A stretch of 64,000 nucleotides of DNA from Candidatus Saccharimonadales bacterium (GTDB taxonomy: Bacteria; Patescibacteriota; Saccharimonadia; Saccharimonadales; UBA10212). Shown here piece by piece: positions 46,843 to 61,800 of the stretch. The position numbers and the translations under genes were made by a program. Every line of letters starts with the position of its first letter. The stretch's first letter is position 1. The stretch lies in contig JBEKOJ010000001.1 of the NCBI GenBank assembly GCA_049521895.1, forward strand, positions 695,114 to 759,113. The letters are read 5' to 3'. The notes under the pieces are model-generated. The model did no database searches, was not told the DNA's origin, and worked only from the letters and a program-made list of their open reading frames with translations.

Positions 46843-49800
46843 GTGGCGCGCCAAAAAAGTATAATTTGTCTCTCTTGTGGTCAAAGGTTCAGAGGACGCT
46901 CTGATGCTAAGGCCTGCTCACCCCGGTGTCTTAAACGCTTGCAGCGCGCCGCTAAAGCCACGGCCCGTGAAGCCAAACTCGCCAAGGAGCTAGGCTCTTC
47001 CAAGAATAAAATCTGTCAATCTTGCGGCAAGGTATTTGTCGGCCGGCGGTCTAAAACCTGTTCAGATCGCTGTCGTAGACGTCTGCAGCGGGCTGAAGAC
47101 CTGCTAGCCCGGGAAACAGGCAAGGCAAAGAGTTCAGGCAAGCGCGCCATCGCTTCGGTTGAAAAAAACCTGCAAGAACTAGAGAAAGATATAGCTTCGG
47201 CTGTTGAACCCGAGTTCGCCACCGAAGAGGGCTTTGTAGGCGATGAAACTGCTACCCAACAGGGTGTTCCGGAGACTGTTCCGGTGCGATTGGTCAGCCC
47301 GCAGCCGGCCCAAACGGTCATTAATCCGGCAGCAGCCAACAGTTTAGAGCCCCAGCCCCAACTATCACAACCTGACGCTAGCTTGGAGGGCCAGCCGCAA
47401 AACGCACCGGCAGCAGATACAAGCGATGCTTTAAGTGAAACATTCCTAACAAATACAGATGCGGCCCAAACTCCAAGCGAACCAGACCACTACGAAAGTC
47501 CACTCAGAAGGCTCCTTAGGCCCAAACTGGTTACTTACGGTGTTCTTAGTATTTTCCTGGTCATTGGCATGGCAACAGCGCTATTTGTCTATTCCCGCAG
47601 CCAAAAAACCCAAGTTACTTCTGGGTCAAACCTGAGCTTGTCGCTAAACAGCTCGACCATCAATACTACCGGCGACAGCCTGCATATAAACTTCAATACG
47701 GTAATTGACAGGGGCAAAAGCTTGACGGCTTCCGGGCCAGTCGTTTTACAAAATGACGTCAATTCTACAGCTGCTTTCAAGATCCAAAATGCCGCTGGCA
47801 CATCCAACCTGCTTATCGCCGACACTACCAATAACCGTATCGGCATCGGCAAAGCCCCAACCCTGGGTATCCTGGATGTCAATGGTGCTATCTACCAAAA
47901 CGGCAACCGGGTCTGTGACACCTCTGGCAACTGCATCAGTACAGCCGGCCGCGGTGGTGCCATAAGCGGCTCCGGCTTGTCTGGTACCATAGCCCTGTTT
48001 ACCGGCTCCGGTTCAAGCATCGGTAACTCCGACTTAAGCCAGTCCGGCTCTACGGTTACGGCAACCGGCAACCTTAACATCACCGGCCAGCTCTGGGTCG
48101 GCGGCAGCCAGATCAGCTCCGCCAACCTGTTTAATGACGCCAATCTGGCTAAGCTCAACGGCAACCAGACATTTACCGGTATCAACACCTTTACAGGTAG
48201 CGTACTGCTGCAGAGTGCCAACGGAGTAGGTCTGCTATCTGTTGATAGCCAGAATAGCCTGGTGGAATTGGGGCAGGCTAATGCCCAAACTGGTGCTTTA
48301 GTGTTTTATGGCTCGGCTAACGGTAACAGCATTACCCTGGCTGGGCTGAATGGGCCAACTTCTAATCAGAACATCTTCTTGCCGGATAGCTCAGGTACAA
48401 TCTGTTTGACGAGCGGTAACTGCAGCGGCAGCGGTGGTTACGGCGACGTTTTGCAGGGCGGAAACTCATTTGCCACGACAATGCTGCTGGGGACAAACGA
48501 TAACTTCGGCTTTAATCTGGAAACCAACGGCAATGTCGCCCAAAGTATCGCCAACAGCGGTAGCGTATTGTTCAAGGCTGTCAACGACAGCAGCAGTAAC
48601 TTCCAGGTTCAGACAGCCAATGGCAAAAACCTCCTTAACCTAAATGGTCTCAGCGGACAGTTGACAATAGGTAGCCCGGGCGCGACTGGTGCTACCAGTA
48701 TCGTATTCTCTGGCACCAGCGTTATCAATACTGTTACGTTGGTGGCACCAGCTGGTCCTACTAGTAACCAAACCATCACACTGCCAGACGCGTCAGGTAT
48801 AGTCTGTTTGACTGACGGTAACTGTGTCGGCTTGGGCGGTTATGGTGATATAAATCAGGGTGGTAACAGCTTTAGCACTAATATTTTAATTGGTACCAAC
48901 GATAATTTTGGCTTTAATATTGAGACCGACTCCCATACGGTGGCCAGCTTATCTAACACCGGCGCGGCTACGTTTAAAAACTATACAGATTCTACAAACG
49001 CCTTCCAGATCCAGAATGCCGCCGGTACCAGCAACTTGCTTGTGGCCGATAGCCAAGATACCAGAATTGGTCTTGGCACTAATGCGCCAACGGCTTCTTT
49101 GACTATCAAAGATAATTTTTCCAGCACATCTTTGACCGCTAGCCTAACAGTCTCCGGCAATGAGATAACCGATGCCACCCGCACCGCCAACACCCAAGGC
49201 GATGGCTTTACTCCTCCAGATAGCAGCTATGGCATATGGGAAGGGACCACTAACTTGGTAGTCAATGGTGGTTTTGAGACTAATGTTAATAATTGGGGCG
49301 GCGGCACCGTAACAAATAGCCGTGATACTTCAACTGCCAAATTCGGGTCATCCAGTCTTAAGGCGGTGACCAATAATACTAATGCGGGTACTTGGGGCGG
49401 TGGCTCAAGTACTACGAACGGTACTCCGAACCAAATCCCAGTAACAGTTGGCAATACCTACACCGCCAGCGCATGGATTAAGGCATCAAGCGGTGTAAAT
49501 GCGAACCTTGATATTGAATGGACAAATTCCTCTGGAGCTTCATTCGGCACTATTATTCAAGCATTTACGACGACAGGAAGTTGGCAGCGTGTGACTTTGA
49601 CAGGAACTGCTCCCAGCAATGCTGTCTCAGCAGACATCAACATCAATTCAACCAATTGGGGTGGCGTAGGCCAGGCATTTTGGTTAGACGGTGTGCAGTT
49701 TGAGCAAAAAGCCTATGCCACGCCTTATGTAGAAACCAGCAACGGCTCGACCGCCAGCCGCAGCGGTGCATATATAGGGGCTCCATCCAGTCTTGTAAGC

Positions 49801-52800
49801 GAAGCGCAAGGTTGGGTTGCTGTTAGGGCAAGACTAGGCACGTTAGATACCTCTACATCCCACGATCTGTTCGGATGGGCAGCTAACAGTAGTGTTAATA
49901 GAATTTCAGTTGCCCCAAACAGCTCAACTAGTTGGCAGGGCTTCTTCAGTCGTAATGGTACACCCACGTTCATAAGTGCTACGGATAGTAGCCATTTTAT
50001 TGGCGATATAGTTACAGTTGTACTTAGCTGGACGAATAGTCAGGTCGGCTTGTCTGTCAATGGTTCCAGTTTTTCGACCAGCACCCGCAATGGCACAGTT
50101 GGTGGAGCCAGTTTGCCTTCAACGTTTGGTATAGGTAATATCAATCTAAATTTAGGAAACGATGTGTCCGACGATGACATTATGTGGTTTGCCTCCGGTA
50201 CAGGCACTCTTTCCAATAGTGATGCTTCTACTCTGAACGCTTATGGCAACAACGACCCGACTACAACCAGTTTGTCCAGCTCTTTGCCGTCGGCTATACC
50301 AACAATGGCGTGGGCTGCTAATACGTCTAGTTATCAATATCAAACTGGAATCTACAACCCTGTAGCGCTGCAAGTGCAGGATGCCAGCGGCAACAATTTG
50401 CTGACTGTCAACGCCAACTCTTCGGCCAGCAGTTTATTGGCGCTTGGTGCCAATACCACCACGGCTAGCGGCGGTATTACCTTTGGCACCGACACTTATC
50501 TCTACCGCTCCGGCACAGGTGCTTTGACTCTTCAGGGCGCCGGCAGTAACTCTACTTTGCAAGCTGGAGCTGCTTCGGGCTATAGCATGCCTGGCAGCAA
50601 TCTAATCTTGGCGGGCGGACAGGGTACCGGTTCCGGTAACGGCGGTAACATCAACTTACAGATTGCCCAAGCGGCTGTTCCTAACACCCCTAACGAGAGC
50701 TTTATCACTGGCGCCAATGCCCCAGATAGCGTTGCTGTCGACAGCACTTACGTCTACTGGTCTAACAATGGCAACAACACCATCGGCCGCGCCAACCTGG
50801 ATGGCAGTGGCGTTAACCAAAGTTTTATCACCACTACCACCCCAGATGGCTTATCTGTGGATAGCAGTCATATCTATTGGGAGAATAGTACTAACACCAT
50901 CGGCCGCGCCAACCTGGATGGCAGCGGCGTGAACGATAGCTTTATCACCACAAGCAATGCTCCCCGGGGCACAGCCGTCGACAGTGCTCATATTTACTGG
51001 ACTAACTCTGCTACTAACACCATCGGCCGCGCCAACCTGGATGGCAGTGGCGCAAATAATAGTTTCATTACCACGGGCAACGCTCCAGTTAAAGTCGCCG
51101 TTGATAGCACCCATATTTACTGGACTAATAAGTTGGATAACACCATCGGCCGCGCCACCTTGGACGGCTCCAATGTCAATAATAGCTTCATTACTGGGGC
51201 CAACACGCCTCGGGGCATCGCTGTCAACAGTACCTATATTTACTGGGCCAACAACGGTAACGGCAGCATCGGCCGCGCCAACCTGGATGGCAGTGGCGTT
51301 AACCAAAGCTTCACTACCGGCACTAGTGGCCCAGACGGTATGACTTTAGATAGCGCCAATGTTTATTGGGCTAATTATAATGGCGGCAGTGGGACTACCA
51401 TCGGCCGGCTTAACTTTGGTAACGCTGTTAACAGTTTGTCCACAGTGGCTAGTCTGTCGGGCGTCAACGGAGCGGCCACCTTCCAAAATGCCGCCGACTC
51501 AACTAACGCTTTTCAGATCCAGAACGCTGCCGGTACATCCAACCTGCTTGTGGCCGATACTGCGGACTCTAGAATTGGCATAGGCACAGCCACCCCTACA
51601 GCTACACTATCTGTTAATGGTTCTGGCTTAATCCAACAAGCTAGCTCTGCCGGCACAACTCTAACTACTTCCGGCAATGAAATAACTGACGCTACCAGGA
51701 CCACCAACACCCAAGGCGATGGCAGAACCCCGCCAGATAGCAGTTACGGCATATGGGAAGGCACCACCAATCTAATTACTAATGGTGGGTTTGAAAGTAA
51801 TAAGACTGGCTGGACCGCCAGTGGCTCTACCGCCACTCAGGTTACTAGCCAGCATAAGTTTGGCTCAGGCTCTTTGCAAGTTGTCACCAATGGCGCCCTC
51901 AGTGGAGAAGGTGCTTTACCATCTTATCCAGGCATTAATGTCACAGCTGGAAATACATATACTTTTTCTGGTTGGGTTTATGGCACGAGTGGTTCGGTAA
52001 TGATGATTGATTATACGTTTATTAACGGGGTTAATCAGGGTCAACATAACCAGACATCGGCAGTAACACTTAACGGAACCTGGCAAAGACTAACCTTAAC
52101 CGATACAGCTCCTGCTGGCACCACATCTATGACACCGTTTATAGTGACTGCTGGCGTAGAAGCTATCACTTTCTATATTGACGGGGTCCAAATGGAGCAA
52201 AAAGCTATTGCTACACCCTATGTAGAAACTAATGGCGCTACCGCTAGTCGCACCATTGCTAGCGTCCAGGCCCCTAGCTCTTTACTGAATGTGACTCAAG
52301 GATGGGTTGCTATTCGCCTACGGTTGGGTATTCCGCAAAGTGTCGCCGGCACCAGCGCAGACAACTTCCCAGAATTCTTTACATGGGGCACGAGCAACGG
52401 CAACTACTACTATCTAGCTCCAACTTCAACTGGTGTTGATTTTGCCCGCAAAAATGGTTCAACCAAACAGACTGTAAGTGGTAACGTGACTTGGTCGGTT
52501 GGCGACTATATGACGGTGGTTGCTGCGTGGACAGCGACGCAAACTGGAATAAGCGTCAACGGCAACAATTTTGTAATTAATAACAACACCAGTATACCGA
52601 CTATCAGTGCTAGTACATTCTACATTGGCTCCTCTGGGGACACCAACTTCTTCGGTAATCCAAGCAACTCCGACAATCTCTGGTTCGCCGCCGGCACAGG
52701 TACCCTGACCAATACTGATGCTTCTATTATCAACAACTTTGGTAACACCGATCCCAATCCAATATCTTTTAACGGTACAGCTAACGCAACCATGGTTTGG

Positions 52801-55800
52801 CAGGCTAACACCTCTACTTACACTAATGTTAACAGCCAACCAATAGTCTTTCAGGTCCAAAACTCAGCCAATAGTAACTTGCTGAGTATCGATGCTAGTG
52901 CCTCGCAACTTTTGGCTAACACCACTACTGTGTTTAGAAACAGTACTAACTCACCTACCGCTTTCCAAGTACAGAATGCCGCCGGCACTACACTTTTGGG
53001 TGTTGATACTACAAACGGCTTAGTTAACCTGGGCACCCCAGGTTCTAGCGGCGCTAATGGCCAGATTGTCTTTAATTCTACCAATGCTGCCGGCTATGGC
53101 GTAACTATCGCTGCAACTAGCGCGCTGAGCCAGTCTTACACTTTAAAACTCCCAACTGCCGCGCCGGTGCAAAGCCAGTGTTTGGTAGTTGACTCGGTAG
53201 ACGCCAGTCAACTTAACTTTGGTTCGTGTGCCACCGGTAGTGGCGGGTCAGTTGATCTGCAAGGCGCTTACAATAACTCCACCACTCCAGCTACTATCAC
53301 CACCACTTCACCAACCAAGACTCTAATCTTTAAAGCTGGCACCAACAACGACTCCACAACCTTATTCCAGATCCAGAATGCCGCTGGCACATCCAATCTG
53401 TTAGTAGCTGATACCACTGACACTAGACTAGGTGTTGGTACAGCTGCGCCGCTGACTACTTTACAGGTGAATGGCACGGGCTTAATTCAAGGTTCTTCCT
53501 CTACTAGCAATAACTTAACAGTCTCCGGTAATGAGATAACTGATGCGTCCAGAACTCAAAACCAACAAGGCGACGGCCGCACCCCACCAGACAGCAGTTA
53601 TGGCATATGGGAAGGGACGACTAACCTGGTTACCAATGGTGGGTTTGAGAGTAATACGAATGGGTGGGTAGCGTACGGTAGCGGAACAACATTTAGCCGT
53701 GATACGAACGTATCTAAATTCGGGCCGGCATCTCTAAAAGTGGTAACTGATGGAACCATCGCCCAGCAAGGAGTTTACGTTGCGGCAAACTTCTCTCCCA
53801 GCTTGACCTACACTGCCTCCATGTGGGTAAAAGGCCCCTCAGGCGCAAACTTCGTCTTTTGGTCGGCCAATAACTTCCCCAATATTTATGTTAACGGAAC
53901 GTTTACTGGTTCTTGGCAGAGAGTGTCACTGACAGGTACGACACCTTCATATTCTTCATCGGCGTGGCTTATCTTTCAGACTAATTCCGCAGAGGCAATC
54001 ACTTTTTGGGTTGATGGTGCTCAGTTTGAGCAGAAATCAATTGCTACACCTTATGTAGAGACTAATGGCGCCACGGCCAGCCGCAGTAACTCAGCTGTAA
54101 CAGCACCGTCTAGTTTGATTAACTCCACCCAGGGGTGGGCCAGTGTTAGGATGCGAATGAGCTTTGCTAGCACAACGATACCGAACTCATTCGTGATTCC
54201 TTTCACGTGGGACGACGGAACCGGCAATAACGCTATACAGCTAAGGTTCAATGGCTCATGGACCACATTGCGTTGTACTGGCGGATCTTGCGGTAGTGCT
54301 GCAGTTGTTGCTGACACATTCAGTGCCGGTGATTTCCGAACTGTAATACTAAAATGGGACGCCTCTACCATCGGAATCTCAATTAACGGTGGTTCGTTTA
54401 CTACTGCAAGTAATGGGAACATTCCGTCTGGACTTGGTGCCACCTTTAGGCTTGGCTCTGGAAATGGATTTAACCAAGTTGACTCTGACTTTATGTGGAC
54501 CGCCACCGGCACCGGCACGCTGACTAACACTGATGCTACTAACATCAACAACTTTGGTAATACTGATCCATATATCACTAATTTCTCCCAAGCTGCCTAT
54601 CCTACTATGGTCTGGCATGCCAATAACGCCACCTATCAAACAGGTAGCAGCTTGGCCCTACAGGTTCAAAATAGCAATGGTAATAATCTCTTCAACATCA
54701 ACTCGGCTAATACCAGCTTAATAGCTAACACCAACACCAATACCTTCCAAAATACCATTGACTCTACTAATGCCTTCCAGATCCAGAATGCCGCTGGCAC
54801 ATCCAATCTGTTAGTAGCTGATACCACTGACACTAGACTAGGTGTTGGTACAGCTGCGCCGCTGACTACTTTACAGGTGAATGGCACGGGCTTAATTCAA
54901 GGTTCTTCCTCTACTAGCAATAACTTAACAGTCTCCGGTAATGAGATAACTGATGCGTCCAGAACTCAAAACCAACAAGGCGACGGCCGCACCCCACCAG
55001 ACAGCAGTTATGGCATATGGGAAGGGACGACTAACCTGGTTACCAATGGTGGGTTTGAGAGTAATACAACGGGGTGGGGTGCAAGGAACTCTGCAACTTA
55101 TGCAAGGATAACGGCTTTTTCGAAGTTTGGTGCCGCCTCCTTGCAAGTAAACGGAACAGGAAGTACTACTACGCAAGGCATACAATCACCAGAGGTTGCT
55201 ATTTCCCCAAGCATTACTTACACGGCTTCAACTTGGGTCTATTCTCTTTCGGGTACCTCGGTTCAAATATATATAAACTGGTATGACGGCTCGAACGCAT
55301 ACATCTCGACGAGTAGTGGTACGGCAACTGGAACGGCTACTGGGTGGACGAGAGTTTCTGGAACCGCCCCATCACCATCTAATGCTAGCTTTGCAAACAT
55401 TCAAGTCTTCTTCCCAAGCGGGCAACCGATCCAAACATTTTATATCGATGGGGCCCAGATTGAGCAAAAAGCTATCGCCACACCTTACGTAGAAACCAAC
55501 GGTACCACGGCCAGCCGCAGCGCCGCGCGCGTCCAAGCCCCCGTTGCCAACACCATAAATGCCACCCAGGGCTGGATAGCGATGCGATTCCGACCAGCAT
55601 GGTCGGCTAGTACAGAGCCCGCATCCCAAGACAATGCAAGGCTGTTTTTATGGTGTGGCTCAACCTGCAATGACCGACTGGATCTATACTATAATCTCTC
55701 TAATCAAACCTTTGACCTAGGACGTTACGCGGGTGGTTCCGGAGGCGGATCGGGTTCAAATACACAGTCATTTGCGGCTGGCAGTCCTGTAACAGTCGTT

Positions 55801-58800
55801 GCAGCCTGGGATTCAGGGCACCTCTATGTGTCAGTAAATGGTTCCAGCTTTATATCTAGCACCAATACTAATATTCCTACAATTTCAACGTCGACATTTG
55901 ATCTAGGTTCATATGGCAATGGCAGCCATTATCTCGATTCCGACATCCTTTGGACAGCCACCGGCACAGGTACCCTGACTAACACAGATGCTACTAACAT
56001 CAATAACTTTGGCAATACTGATCCATATATCACTAACTTCTCCCAGGCCAGCTACCCGACCATGGTTTGGCAGGCTAACAACGCTACCTACCAAACTGGC
56101 ACCAGCCTGGCTCTGCAGGTCCAGAACAGCACAGGAGCTAACCTCTTCAACATTAACTCGGCTAACACCAGCTTAATAGCTAACACCAACACCAATACCT
56201 TCCAAAATACCATTGACTCTACTAATGCCTTCCAGATTCAGAATGCTGCTGGGACATCCAACCTATTTGTAGCTGACACAACCGATTCACGTATAGGCAT
56301 AGGCACAGCTACACCGGTAGCTACAGTCAACGTTGTAGGTTCTACATTGCTACAGCAAGGAGCAGCTACATCTCTAACCGTCTCTGGTAACGAGATAACT
56401 GATGTTACCCGTACCACCAACACCCAAGGCGATGGCCGAACCCCACCAGACAGCAGCTATGGTATCTGGGAAGGGACGACCAACCTGCTAACTAACGGCG
56501 GCTTTGAGAGCGGGACGACGCCGTGGAACCCACTGGGGTCAGGCGCGTCTCAAACTCGTGTTACTACACAAGCAAAATTTGGTTCAGCCTCTCTTGCCGT
56601 AACTACTCCAGGATCGAGTGCCACTGAAGGCACAGCTATATCAGTCATAACGCTTAGTAGTAGTACTACCTATACGATGAGTGCTTGGGTGCTTTGGGAA
56701 AACGGAGTAGCCGGCAGATTAATCTTCTTTGACGCTACTGGAGCCAGCAACTACGCGACAACCAACTTCACTGGTACGGGCACTTGGCAGCGAGTGACAG
56801 TTACTGCAACAACGTTGTCTACAAGCACGCAGTTCCAGTTAAGGCTAGAGAGAAATGTAGCAACAGCAGGCACTTTCTATGTAGACGGTGCCCAAATTGA
56901 GCAAAAAGCCATTGCTACGCCTTATGTAGAGACCAGCAACGGCTCCACTGCCAGCCGCAATGCTCCCAGCGTTCGAGCTCCGGCATCCTTAATTAATCAA
57001 AATCAATTCTGGGTAGCAGCCAGGGTGAGGATGGGTGTCTCAAGCGCCAACTGGCCCCATAACTTAACACTCTTTAATTGGGGCGATGCTTCACCGGGCT
57101 ATTTCCACTTGGCCTTCAATAGTAGTGGAGCTGAAATGCAAAGCCACACCTCTGGATATAGTGCTGCTGCCGCCAGCTTTAGTTGGAATGCTGGCGACTT
57201 AATAACTATAATTGGCTATCGAACTTCTAGTGGTAGTCTGGGACTATCTGTCAATGGAGGTAGCTTCTCTACAGGCACGGATATTCAAGCGGTTTCCGGG
57301 TTGCCAAGTACCTTTACACTAGGTACAGACTTTGTTCCTTATAATTTGGACTCCGACATCCTTTGGTCTGCCACCGGCATAGGCACCCTAACTAATACCG
57401 ATGCCACTAACCTCAATGCCTTTGGCAATACCGATCCGAACTTCAACCAGCTGCCGCCAGCCGGTGATCCAACTATGCTCTGGAAGGCTAATAATTCTAA
57501 CTACATAGGTCCTTCCAATGCAGATATAGTCTTCCAGGCCAACAATAGTGCAGGCACTAGCTTACTCTCCCTTGATGCCACCAACGCTAAACTAACCGTA
57601 TCTACCGCCGGCCTCTTCCAAAACACCACTAACTCTGCTAATGCCTTTACAGTTAACACCTCTACTGGTAGCCAGCTATTCAACGTTAATACCTCTAACC
57701 TTCAAGTAACCACTAATAATCTCCAATCCTCCGGAGCGGTCAACCTAAGTAACACCCAAGGCACGGTATCCTTAGCTGGAAGCCTGCAAAACTCCTCCCA
57801 AACCCTAACTACCTCTGGCAATGAGATAACTGATGCAGAACGTGCTATAGGTGCATCCTCTACCAACACAGCTGGCCAATCTTACGACGGCAAAACCAAT
57901 GACTCCTCCTACGGCATATGGGAAGGCACGACGAACCTGGTTACTAATGGAGGGTTTGAGAACAATACGACAGGGTGGTCGAATAACGACGGTGTAGCCA
58001 CTTTGGCGCAGGATGCAACTAAATCGAAATTTGGCAGTAAATCTCTCAAGGTTACTCCTGTCGCTGGGCCTACATCAGGGGCAAGAATAAATCCTGCCTT
58101 ATCCACTACTTCTGGCAGCACCTATACTGCCTCCGGTTGGGTATGGGTTACAGCAGGCCAAGCCGTTAAGTTATCGGTTTATCGAGCAGATTTTTCAACA
58201 CTGCTAATTAACACAAATATTACGGGCAATAGTGGATGGCAGAGAGTTACGGCTACCTGGACCGCGCCAGCTACAGAGCTTGCCTATGTAGAGTTCTTGT
58301 CGGCCGATTCAAGCGGCACAGCGTTTTATCTAGATGGCGCGCAGATTGAGCAAAAAGCCTACGCAACGCCTTACGTAGAAACCAATGGCACTACCGCCAC
58401 GCGCAGCGCAGGCCGAGTTCAAGGCCCGGTAACTGCTTTAAGTGCTACCCAGGGCTGGGTGGCGATGCGAGTTAGGATGGGCTTTGCTTCTAGCGTTTCA
58501 TTCAGTGTCCCGCGTGAATTCTTCTCTTATGACGACGGGACACTGAATAATAGGTTCCAGCTTAGGTGGAATCCAGGCACTGTCTCGTGGGTTGCAGACA
58601 CAGTCGTCGGAGGCGTTGCACAGACTCAAATACTCATTGCCGACAGTTTCAATGCGGGAGATGTGCGTACAATAATAATCAGTTGGACTTCCAGCCAGAC
58701 ATTTTTGTCGATTGCCGGCTCTAACTTTACGGGAGCAGCTACCTCCAAGCCGACGGGACTAAACGATCTGGATATAGGTTCATCTACGGGTTCAGGACTT

Positions 58801-61800
58801 ACCGGTCGTGAAGTAGACTCCGACATCCTCTGGGCTGCCACCGGCACCGGCACGCTGAGTAACTCTGACGCTACGACTTTGAATAATCTTGGCAACACTG
58901 ACCCGACCTTAGCTAAGCTCTACAGCTTAAATGGTGGAGCAGGGCAACCAACCTTTGTCTGGAACGCTAATACGGCTAACTACCAAGATATAACAAGCTC
59001 TAACGGCCAAGCCCTAATCTTTGCCGCTAATACCTCTGGGGCCACTACTGGCAACCTAATAGACCTGCAATCCGGCCTGTACCCCTCCAGCAAGTTTTCT
59101 GTAGACGTAAATGGTAACCTAACTGATGTCGGCACCGCCCTCTTCCAGAACACTACTGACTCTACCGCCGCCTTCCAGATCCAAAATGCTGTCGGCACAT
59201 CAAATCTGTTTGTAGCTGATACGGCTGACACTAGACTAGGAGTAGGAACGGCTACACCGGTAGCTACAGTCAACGTTGTAGGTTCTACATTACTACAGCA
59301 AAGGGCAACTACATCTCTAACAGTCTCAGGTAACGAGATAACTGATGCAACTCGTACAACGAATACCCAAGGCGACGGCCGCACCCCACCGGACAGTAGC
59401 TACGGCATCTGGGAAGGCACCACCAACCTAATGATACATGGCGGCATGGAAGGTGGCCTTGGCCAATGGGTGCAAAGTGGCAGTGGCACGGTTACCTTAT
59501 CTAACGACACAAGCACTGCAAAGTTTGGCAGTAAATCCCTTAAAGCTTCCAGCGATGGATCTGTTACAAACGGTGTTAAATGGGATAATGGCGCGGGTGG
59601 AGTCGGCGTGTCCCCAAGCACTACCTATACTTTCTCGGCCTGGGTAAAGGGAACTGGTTCAGCGTTTATACAAATATCTGAATATGCTAGTGGTGTATCC
59701 TTTGTCACTAACGATGGTTCCAGCAACTTTACTCTCACCTCTAGCTGGCAGCGTATAACACTGACTTTCACCACTTCGTCAACAACGGTAGCTGCTTTGC
59801 CTCGCATACTTTTGAACACAGGCTCTGCATGGACTTTGTGGGTTGATGGTGTGCAGCTTGAGCAAAAAGCAATCGCTACACCTTATGTAGAAACCAATGG
59901 CTCTACAGCTACCCGCAACGCCGCCCGCGTGCAGGGCCCAGCAACGGCAATAAACTCAACCCAGAGCTGGTTTGCCGCCCGTATCCGTGTGGGTTGGTCA
60001 ACAACATCTACCAACAGTACCTTCTCCCGTGTGTTTGACTGGGGGGACAGTGATGGAGTTAATGAAATAAGGCTGGCCTGGGTAGATGCTTCTAAGATGT
60101 GGTTGATGCAAAGATATGCCGGCGGCTCTGTGACCAATGCAACAAGCGCTACTCAAACATTCAACGCGGGGGATGTATTAACTATTATTGGATCATGGAC
60201 TAGTGGCCAGGTTGCAATTAGTATTAATGGATCTACATTTACATCAGCTGTTAATACCTATATTCCTTCTCTTGTTGCTTCTCAGTTCAATATCGGCAGT
60301 GATATCAACGGTTACCAACAGGGTGATTCTGATTTCCTCTGGACTGCCACCGGCACCGGCACTCTGACTAACACTGATGCAGCTAACCTTAATGCCTTCG
60401 GTAACACTGACCCGAACTTCAACCAGCTGCCAGCTACTGGCACTCCAACCATGCTCTGGAAAGCTAATAACTCTAACTACATTACATCCTCTAATGCCGA
60501 CATAGTCCTACAAGCTAACAATAACGCTGGCTCTAGCTTACTCTCCCTTGATGCCACCAACTCTAAGCTAACAGTAAATACACAGGGCCTTTTCCAAAAC
60601 ACTACCAATAGCAGTAATGCCTTTACAGTCAACACCTCTACTGGTACCCAGCTATTCAACGTAAATACTGCTAACCTCCAAGTAAGCACTAATAACCTCC
60701 AATCCTCCGGAGCCGTTAACCTAACCAACTCTCAAGGCACTGTCTCCCTAGCTGGAAGTCTGCAAAACAGCAGCCAAACTCTAACTACAAGTGGTAATGA
60801 GATAACTGATGCCGAACGTGCTATAGGCGCATCCTCTACCAACACAGCCGGCCAATCCTATGATGGTAAAACTAGTGATAGCTCCTACGGCATATGGGAA
60901 GGGACGACTAATTTAGTTACTAATGGAGGGTTTGAGAGTAATACAACGGGGTGGACTATAGTTGCTGGAGACGAAACCCTGGTACGTACAACTACAACTT
61001 CTAAGTTTGGTTCCGGTAGTGCATCAGTAACAACTACAGCCAATGCTACACGAGGGCTAATTATTGCCAGTGCCTCACGTCCTGCGGTGTCGGCGTCTAC
61101 AGCCTATACCTATTCTGCCTGGGTTAATGCCCCTGCAGGTGCTCCTATGACACTAAGATTACGAGAGTATATTGGCGCAACACCGCAGGGCGATACCGAC
61201 CAAACTTTTATCGGTACAGGTACTTGGCAAAGAGTTAGTGTTACTCGGACGATGACTTCAACTGGTGGGTCCACTGCTAGTTTGTGGGTATTCCAAACGG
61301 ACGCTACTGTTAGAACCTTCTATGTCGACGGCGCCCAATTGGAGCAAAAAGCGATTGCTACACCTTATGTAGAAACCAATGGTGTTACCGCCAGCCGCAG
61401 CGCCGCCCGTATACAAGCCCCGGCCAGTAATCTGAACGCCACTCAAGGCTGGGCTGCTGTCCGCGTCCGGTTTGGTTGGGCGTCAACTACCTCTCTTGGC
61501 TTCTTGCGATTTTTGTCCTGGGGTAATGACGGCAACAACGCCTTAGAAATTACTAATCAATTGAATCCGGGCGGTGGCATTGCCGTGGTTAGGCGCACTG
61601 CTGGGTCTGGAGCTAACGCGAACGCGTCATTGACATGGAACGCTGGTGATACTGCCACTATCGTTGCAACCTGGACAGCTTCGACATTGAATGTGAGTGT
61701 AAACGGCGGCGCATTTATTACGGTTGCCAATAACACGATTCCTTCTATTACATCCACCACTTTTGATATAGGTGATAGATTTGATTCAACGAGTCAGGCT

